This document shows, in pieces, positions 58,488-64,000 of a stretch of DNA of 64,000 bases. A model generated the notes under the pieces. It was not told the DNA's origin and searched no databases. It saw only the letters and a list, made by a program, of their open reading frames with translations. The position numbers and the translations under genes were made by a program. Origin of the DNA: Vulcanimicrobiota bacterium (GTDB lineage Bacteria; Vulcanimicrobiota; Xenobia; Xenobiales; JADMJV01); contig JBFWNU010000001.1 of NCBI GenBank assembly GCA_050250895.1, positions 3,488,149 to 3,552,148 of the forward strand, given 5' to 3'. The stretch's first letter is position 1; each line of letters begins with the position of its first letter.

Positions 58488-59214
58488 AGAGGTTCAGGCT
58501 GAGCTAAAAAAACGAAGCCGGCGCGGCTTTCTGGTGTGGATGGCAGGGGCGGCCGGGGTGGTGCTGGGTTGGGAGTGGATCACCCACGCTCCCAAACGCG
58601 ATGGCCTGCGCGCCCCCTTGCGGGCGGCCGAAGAGTTCAACGCCCGCCTGTGGCAAGCCTATCAGCGACCCGGACGGCTGGCCGAGACCTTCGACAAGAG
58701 CAGGGCTAGCGAGCCCAAAGTCAACGGTAAGACGGGTCTGGAAGAAGGGTTTGATCCCTCCACCTGGAGTCTCGAGGTCGACGGGCTGGCCGACGGCCAG
58801 CCACGGAAACTAGGGTTAGCCGACATCGAGCAGTTGCCCAAGGTCGAGATCACGACCTATCTCAAGTGCGTCGAGGGCTGGAGCACCGTGGTCACCTGGG
58901 GCGGCTGTCCGGTAGCCGAGTTCGCCAAGGTCTATGGGCCGATGGCCGAGGCCGAACACCTGGCGGCCGAGACTCCCGAGGGGGGCTATTATGTGGGTCT
59001 CGACCTCGCCAGCGCGCTGCATCCCCAGACCCTGCTGTGTTATGAACTCAATGGTCAGCCCTTGAGCCTCGACCACGGAGGGCCGCTGCGGCTGGCGGTG
59101 CCCATCAAATACGGCATCAAGTCGCTCAAGCGCATTGGAAAGCTCGCGTGGGTGAAGCAACGACCGAAAGATTATTGGGCCGAGCGAGGTTACGACTATT
59201 ATTCGGGACATTGA
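58480..59214 (+). CDS. Molybdopterin oxidoreductase (sulfite oxidase/MsrP family), Tat-like signal
   Basis: SRRGFL, CVEGWS, HPQTLL, HGGPLRL..PIKYGIKSLK, YWAERGY. Confidence 0.9.
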   Translation: MSEEVQAELKKRSRRGFLVWMAGAAGVVLGWEWITHAPKRDGLRAPLRAAEEFNARLWQAYQRPGRLAETFDKSRASEPKVNGKTGLEEGFDPSTWSLEVDGLADGQPRKLGLADIEQLPKVEITTYLKCVEGWSTVVTWGGCPVAEFAKVYGPMAEAEHLAAETPEGGYYVGLDLASALHPQTLLCYELNGQPLSLDHGGPLRLAVPIKYGIKSLKRIGKLAWVKQRPKDYWAERGYDYYSGH

Positions 59215-60371
59215 GCCCGCCTGGAGAGGGCGAAGAGAAAGCCGAAGCCGAGCAGTCCCGCCCCGGCCATGACCATGAGCGCCAGACCATAACCGTGCTG
59301 GCCGGCCAGCCGCCCGGCCAGCGCCACCGACCAGGCTTCACAGGCGTTGGTGGCAGCCATGAAAGCGCTAAATTGGGTGGCTCCCAGAGCGGGTTCGGTG
59401 AGGTCCATCAAGAGTGCATAGGCCGACACGGTGAAGACCCCGATCGAGAGATAGACCCCGACCAGGGCAGCCATCAGAGCAGGCGCCTGGGCGCCCCAGC
59501 GCTCGAGCAGCCCGAGTCCCAATACCATGACCAAAGTGAGGAGCAAACCGGTGCCCACCGCGCGATAGCGCGAGTGTTGGTCGGCCAGGCGGCCCCCGAT
59601 GAGGCTACCCAGCATCATGGCTCCCACCACGCCCAGGCTAAAGAAGGCGGCCGTGGTCGCTTCGCTCACTTTGTGGTCGATCAACATGGGGCCGGCCAGG
59701 CCCCCGGTGGCCTTGAAGGCCGCCTCGGCGGTCAAGGCAAACCCGAGCCCCAGCCAGGTGGTGGCGCGGGCCGCGGCTGCGCGCAAGGCGGGCCAGAGCG
59801 GGCGTCGGCGGCCCGCAGGTTCTTCGGCTTCGTGCCAAAGCACCAGCAAGGAGAGCCAGATGGTCAGCGTGAGCGCTAGCACCACGGCGGGCAAGCCGGC
59901 CACTTTGGCCAGCCAGATCGAGACGCCTCCGAACAGACCCCGGCCGGTCAGCATACCGATTTGCATGGCGCTGTTGATTTGGCCTCGCTCGGCCGGCGGC
60001 ACGCTGGCGATGGCCAGAGCGTCGATGGCCACGTCTTGCATGGCGGCGCAAATGGCGTGCGCAAGCAAGCAAGCCGCCCACCAATCGAGCTGCTTCACGG
60101 GGCTGAGCTGAGTCAGTGGCAGCAGGCACAGTCCCATGCCGATCTGGGCCACGGCCACCCAGGTCTTGAGACCCCAGCCCCGACCGAGATCGACCAGGGG
60201 AGCAGCCAGAAACTTGAGTGTCCAGGGCAGGACCAGCAGGGCGGTTAGAGCCGTGATGCGCTCGACGGCCAGACCCTGCACCCGAAGGATGGTCGGCAAA
60301 GCCCACCAGAGAAAGCCGATGGGGGCGCCTTCGCTGAAATACAACAGGCCGAACAAGAAATAGCGGCGCAC
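59199..60371 (-). CDS. AmpG-like MFS transporter
   Basis: LYFSEGAP, PWTLKFL.AP.VD, AMQDVAIDA, ATQFS. Confidence 0.88.
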   Translation of the reverse strand: MRRYFLFGLLYFSEGAPIGFLWWALPTILRVQGLAVERITALTALLVLPWTLKFLAAPLVDLGRGWGLKTWVAVAQIGMGLCLLPLTQLSPVKQLDWWAACLLAHAICAAMQDVAIDALAIASVPPAERGQINSAMQIGMLTGRGLFGGVSIWLAKVAGLPAVVLALTLTIWLSLLVLWHEAEEPAGRRRPLWPALRAAAARATTWLGLGFALTAEAAFKATGGLAGPMLIDHKVSEATTAAFFSLGVVGAMMLGSLIGGRLADQHSRYRAVGTGLLLTLVMVLGLGLLERWGAQAPALMAALVGVYLSIGVFTVSAYALLMDLTEPALGATQFSAFMAATNACEAWSVALAGRLAGQHGYGLALMVMAGAGLLGFGFLFALSRRAQCPE

Positions 60372-60429
60372 CTATTTGGCTTCGGTCAGCGGTGACAGGT
60401 CCCTTTGCCAGCACGCAGAATACGCGGGG

Positions 60430-61101
60430 GTGGACATCCGCACCACCACATGTAGACCAGCCCACCCCGAGTTTTTCCTGCGCTGTGGCGACGAGATTCC
60501 AGAGTCGTTTGCGATCTGGTTGCGCGATGCGCTGGCCTCGGCGGTCAACGATGGTGAACGGTTCGCCCCCGGCCAGACCTACCAGGTCGGCTGGATGACC
60601 ACCCGGGTGGCCCCGGGTCCCGAGCAGACGCTCACCTTGCACGAGCCCGACATGCGCTCGATGCCGGTCCAGTGGGTCGAGTCCGTGGCCCAGACTTTGC
60701 GCCACCTGATGCTTCATCGGTTTACGGCCGAGAGCGTGGGCCTGGGCGAGCAGCTCGAATTCCCCAAGATTAGCCAGACTTGTCTGGTCTGCAAAGAAAT
60801 TTCCCGAGCCAGCACCACCAGCGGGTTATTGCTGTCGCGTTTTCCCGCTGACGGCGCTGGAGACTCGGGATGGTTCGTGGGCTGCCTCGACGAGTCGCAT
60901 GATCACAACGTGGTCGAGAACCTGGCTCGCATCACCCTCTACGAGCTGGTGCGCGGCCTGCCCGAGCTGGTCTCGTTTCTCGCTTTGCCCGAGGGCTGCG
61001 AGGTGGTCCTGCAGGTGGACAAGCGACCGGCCTTCTTTTTCGAAGACCAGCAGATGCCCATCCTGGCAGGCTCCTACGTTGATCAGCTCTTCTCGGTCTA
61101 G
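60430..61101 (+). CDS. Imm33/DUF2185-like immunity protein
   Basis: PGQTYQVGW, DSGWFVGC, FLALPEG. Confidence 0.6.
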   Translation: MDIRTTTCRPAHPEFFLRCGDEIPESFAIWLRDALASAVNDGERFAPGQTYQVGWMTTRVAPGPEQTLTLHEPDMRSMPVQWVESVAQTLRHLMLHRFTAESVGLGEQLEFPKISQTCLVCKEISRASTTSGLLLSRFPADGAGDSGWFVGCLDESHDHNVVENLARITLYELVRGLPELVSFLALPEGCEVVLQVDKRPAFFFEDQQMPILAGSYVDQLFSV

Positions 61102-61532
61102 CGAGCCTGCAGCAAGCGGGCCTCGAGCACGATCACGGTGCCGGTGAGGGCTTTCGAGACCGGACAGTTGACCTTGGCCGCCTCGGCCAGTTCCTGGAAT
61201 TTGGCGCTGTCGATATCCGGAACGTCCGCCTCGGTGTCGAGATGGATCTCGGTGATGCCGAACCCTTCTCCGACCTTGTCCAGCACGACGGTTGCTTGCG
61301 TTTTCACGCTGCGGGGCGAGAACCCGCTCTTGCCGAGGGTGGCGCTGAGAGCCATCGAGAAACAGCCCGCGTGGGCGGCTCCCAACAGCTCTTCAGGATT
61401 GGTGCCTTTGCCCTCTTCGAAACGAGACGGGAAGGAGTAGGCACCTTCGAAGGCGCCGCTGCCCAGGCGCATTTTGCCCGAGCCATCTTTTAGACTACCA
61501 TTCCACTCTGCGGTGGCTTTTCTTTTCGGCAT
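61098..61532 (-). CDS. osmC: OsmC family peroxiredoxin
   Basis: W.GSLKDG.G, YSF.SRF, TNPEEL..AHAGCF.MALS, NCPVS. Confidence 0.95.
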   Translation of the reverse strand: MPKRKATAEWNGSLKDGSGKMRLGSGAFEGAYSFPSRFEEGKGTNPEELLGAAHAGCFSMALSATLGKSGFSPRSVKTQATVVLDKVGEGFGITEIHLDTEADVPDIDSAKFQELAEAAKVNCPVSKALTGTVIVLEARLLQAR

Positions 61533-61590
61533 ATCTACCTCCTCTGGTGATATACTCTCTCATTCCTTCCTCGAGCCCCGGCTAATCGGC

Positions 61591-63588
61591 TTATTTAAAG
61601 CTAGCCACGAAGGTTCCGGTCCAGCCGGGGTCGGGGGGATGGACCAGGTAGTGACGACAGCGGCGGGCCAGAGTCAACGAAGGACCGTCCTGACCGAGTG
61701 CCTCGAACGCTTCCAGGGCCGCCTCGAAGTCGCGCTGGCCATAGAGCTGCCAGGCCTTCTCGTAAGCCTCGATCAGGTCGTCTTCGAGGTCGGTGACCAA
61801 CTCATAGATGTCGACTCCCTCGAGCCGTCCCTTGACCACCACCCGGTCCACGTGGCGAAAGCGCAGGTCGTCGCCGGCCCCTTGCCGGATGGGCGCAGTG
61901 ACGAGGATGGTGGTGCCGTAAAGCTTGTTGAGCCCCTCGATGCGCGAGCATAGATTGACTCCATCCCCGAGCAAGCCATAGTTGAGTCGTTCGGCCGAGC
62001 CGAAATGGCCCACCATGACCCGATCGGCGTGCAAGCCATAGCGGGTATGCCAGGGCAGGTCGCGGGTGGCCTTCACGCAATCGAGGGCCGCCAGACAGGC
62101 GGCCCGCGCGTGGTTGTCGTGCCGTTCGGGCGCGTTCCAGACGCACAGCAAGGCGTCGCCAACCCGCTCGAGCAACGACCCACCATAGCGATGGATGGGG
62201 CCACTCATACGTTGGAGGTAGTCGGCTAGCTGGCCGGCCAGATGGTCGACACCGGCTTGCTCAGCGAAGGTGGTAAAGGATTCGACATCGGTGAACATCA
62301 TGCTCACCTCGCGCACCTCGCCCCCCAGTTCGGGACTCAGACGCTCGGCCAGTAGCTGGCGCACCAGACCCAGGGGAGAATACTTCGACAGGGCCCGCAG
62401 CGAGACTTTCGACCCCTCCAGGCTCTGGCCCACCCGGGCCATCTCGCTCAGGTTGAGTGTGGTGGGCTCGGCTCCGAATTCGAAATCGCGCAGCTGGTCA
62501 GCAGCCGCCACCAGTTTCGAGAGGTCTTCGTGGACCAGCCGCAACAGCCAGCAGCCCCCGCCGATCAAGAGCAGAGCGGCAAGGGTTGTCAGCACTATCA
62601 ACCGTCGCCAGGCCCCGGCCAGCGGGGCCAGCAGTTCGCTCTCGGGCAACACCTGGCCGACCACCCAGTCCTGGCTGCCGGCCAACCAGCGAAAGGCTAC
62701 CAGATAGCGACCCTGATCGGTGTCGACCCGGCCGAACCAGCTGGGGTTTCCAGGTCCCAGCCGGGCCCCGCGCAAAGCCGCGAGCGCCTCGGTGATTTCC
62801 GTGGGGGACTGGTCTGCCGCAAAGCGAAGATTGCCGTCTTGTTCCACTAGCCGATCCTGAGCCGACAACGGTGTCACGAGACCGCCGCCGGGATCGCCCA
62901 GGAAGACCCAGTGGTGCCGGCCCGGCTGGGCCCCGAGTAAGGCCGGCACCCGCCCCAGTCGTTCGACCGGCCGGGCTACCCTGACCACTGCCAGCAGCCG
63001 TCCCCGGTCGTAGATGGCTTTTTGCAAGGTAACGACCACCCGACCATCGGTCTGAGAGTAGTGCAGGTCGCTCCATACCGAGCGTCCCTGAAAGTCGAGC
63101 GAGGCGGCCGTGCGCACCGTGGCGTGCTCGACCGGATCGCTCGGCAGACAATCGGTCGAGACGGTGATCTGGCCATTCTCGTCGCGTAGCGCGCAGACAT
63201 AGCGCCGACCGTCGCGACGGAAACGCGGGGCGCCTCTTTGGTCGTAGCCGTCGACGGCGGCCCAGACCAGGGTGACCTCCGAAACGCCGTTGTTGCGCCC
63301 CAGCAACCTGCGCAGGTCACTGGCCACCTGAGGAGATCCGAGGCGGGGCTTGAGTTCGCCTTCAAACAGTTCGACGATCGACTCGAGCTCAGTCAGGAAA
63401 GCCGATACTTCCTGCTGGGCCTGGCGGTTGAGGCCGTCCAGGCGCAAGAGCAGGTCGCCGCCTCCCAGCCAGGATTGGCGACTGGTCTGATAGACCATGC
63501 CCAACAGCACCACCAACAGCGCCACAGTGGCCAGAATGCTGAGCAAAGATAGACGAGCCAGACTTGGCTGCCGACCTGAGAGCGGCAT
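61591..63588 (-). CDS. Membrane-bound class III adenylate/guanylate cyclase (Cache-like, HAMP, cyclase)
   Basis: MFTDVESFT, GDAL..WNAP, GHFGS.ERLNY..GDGVN..SRIEG.NK.YGT; two TM segments. Confidence 0.9.
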   Translation of the reverse strand: MPLSGRQPSLARLSLLSILATVALLVVLLGMVYQTSRQSWLGGGDLLLRLDGLNRQAQQEVSAFLTELESIVELFEGELKPRLGSPQVASDLRRLLGRNNGVSEVTLVWAAVDGYDQRGAPRFRRDGRRYVCALRDENGQITVSTDCLPSDPVEHATVRTAASLDFQGRSVWSDLHYSQTDGRVVVTLQKAIYDRGRLLAVVRVARPVERLGRVPALLGAQPGRHHWVFLGDPGGGLVTPLSAQDRLVEQDGNLRFAADQSPTEITEALAALRGARLGPGNPSWFGRVDTDQGRYLVAFRWLAGSQDWVVGQVLPESELLAPLAGAWRRLIVLTTLAALLLIGGGCWLLRLVHEDLSKLVAAADQLRDFEFGAEPTTLNLSEMARVGQSLEGSKVSLRALSKYSPLGLVRQLLAERLSPELGGEVREVSMMFTDVESFTTFAEQAGVDHLAGQLADYLQRMSGPIHRYGGSLLERVGDALLCVWNAPERHDNHARAACLAALDCVKATRDLPWHTRYGLHADRVMVGHFGSAERLNYGLLGDGVNLCSRIEGLNKLYGTTILVTAPIRQGAGDDLRFRHVDRVVVKGRLEGVDIYELVTDLEDDLIEAYEKAWQLYGQRDFEAALEAFEALGQDGPSLTLARRCRHYLVHPPDPGWTGTFVASFK

Positions 63589-63655
63589 TCCAGGGCTTTC
63601 GCGATGGAGCCGGCATGATCATTGCGGTCGGGCTGTGAACGACTCGTAGCGGAGA

Positions 63656-63720
63656 GTTTACAAGGCGTTTACATGGCAGAGTGAAATTTCAAGCGGCTCT
63701 CCGGATGGGTGCCCTAGAAT
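63656..63720 (+). promoter_or_regulatory. 11-bp-period direct repeat plus a -10 element
   Basis: GTTTACA-aggc-GTTTACA (63656-63673) and TAGAAT (63715-63720). Confidence 0.5.
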
Positions 63721-63750
63721 CGGACAAAGTCATCCAGGAGGTCACCCACA

Positions 63751-63861
63751 ATGATGTTGCGCCACGAGCTTTCCGAAATCGCCGCCGGCCTGTCGGCCTG
63801 TTTTTCCAGTTCCTTCTCTGGTCCCGTGCTGAGCGCCGGTCTGGCTGCGTTTGGTCGTTGA
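63751..63861 (+). CDS. Putative 36-aa small protein MMLRHELSEIAAGLSACFSSSFSGPVLSAGLAAFGR
   Basis: AGGAGGT SD 8 nt upstream; upstream -10; fills the gap between two minus-strand genes. Confidence 0.55.
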   Translation: MMLRHELSEIAAGLSACFSSSFSGPVLSAGLAAFGR

Positions 63862-63865
63862 GCGG

Positions 63866-64000
63866 TCAGGCGTCTCGCAACAGGCCGTCGCGGACGGCTT
63901 GCTCGATGCGCTCGGCCATGTGGTCCCATAGCGTCTGAGAGCCCTCGGCAATGGGCGAGCAGCGTCGCCAGACGGCCGAGCGGCAGACCTGATTCTCGAG
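63866..64000 (-). CDS. C-terminus of a probable HD-domain hydrolase (partial)
   Basis: ..RCSPIAEGSQTLWDHMAERIEQAVRDGLLRDA*, resembling the tail of COG1896-type HD proteins. Confidence 0.5.
   Translation of the reverse strand, partial: LENQVCRSAVWRRCSPIAEGSQTLWDHMAERIEQAVRDGLLRDA

Overview
A GC-rich (roughly two-thirds G+C by eye), gene-dense bacterial chromosome segment with about 55 CDS. I found no rRNA, tRNA, CRISPR array or transposase. The gene content includes many histidine kinases and response regulators, PilZ proteins, PulG-like 'TACKSNLKN..ALEMY' pilin-family proteins and two 'SSGxFT..LKLVQA' paralogues. This suggests Vulcanimicrobiota/Ca. Eremiobacterota, but that is an inference. 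Recognisable genes are nfi, dps, cheC, split mnmD/mnmC-like genes, thiO, glgB, osmC, M42/M19/S9 peptidases, a minor-pilin operon, a diguanylate cyclase and an adenylate cyclase. The most notable features are: (1) an uncharacterised operon at 25.5-29.9 kb encoding a urea-transporter/M23 fusion, a nested secreted Cys protein, a PqqD/RRE protein, an ATP-grasp ligase and a PLP decarboxylase whose N-terminus carries a RiPP-leader-like YxxPxI motif; (2) an adjacent 1.1-kb intergenic block of REP-like tandem repeats and hairpins with GNA triloops and tandem GA mismatches, suggesting structured ssDNA; (3) two unannotated small ORFs with good ribosome-binding sites; (4) unusual fusions (globin-ankyrin, PilZ-GAF-kinase, pilin-beta-propeller). 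Start codons were refined by eye and are approximate.
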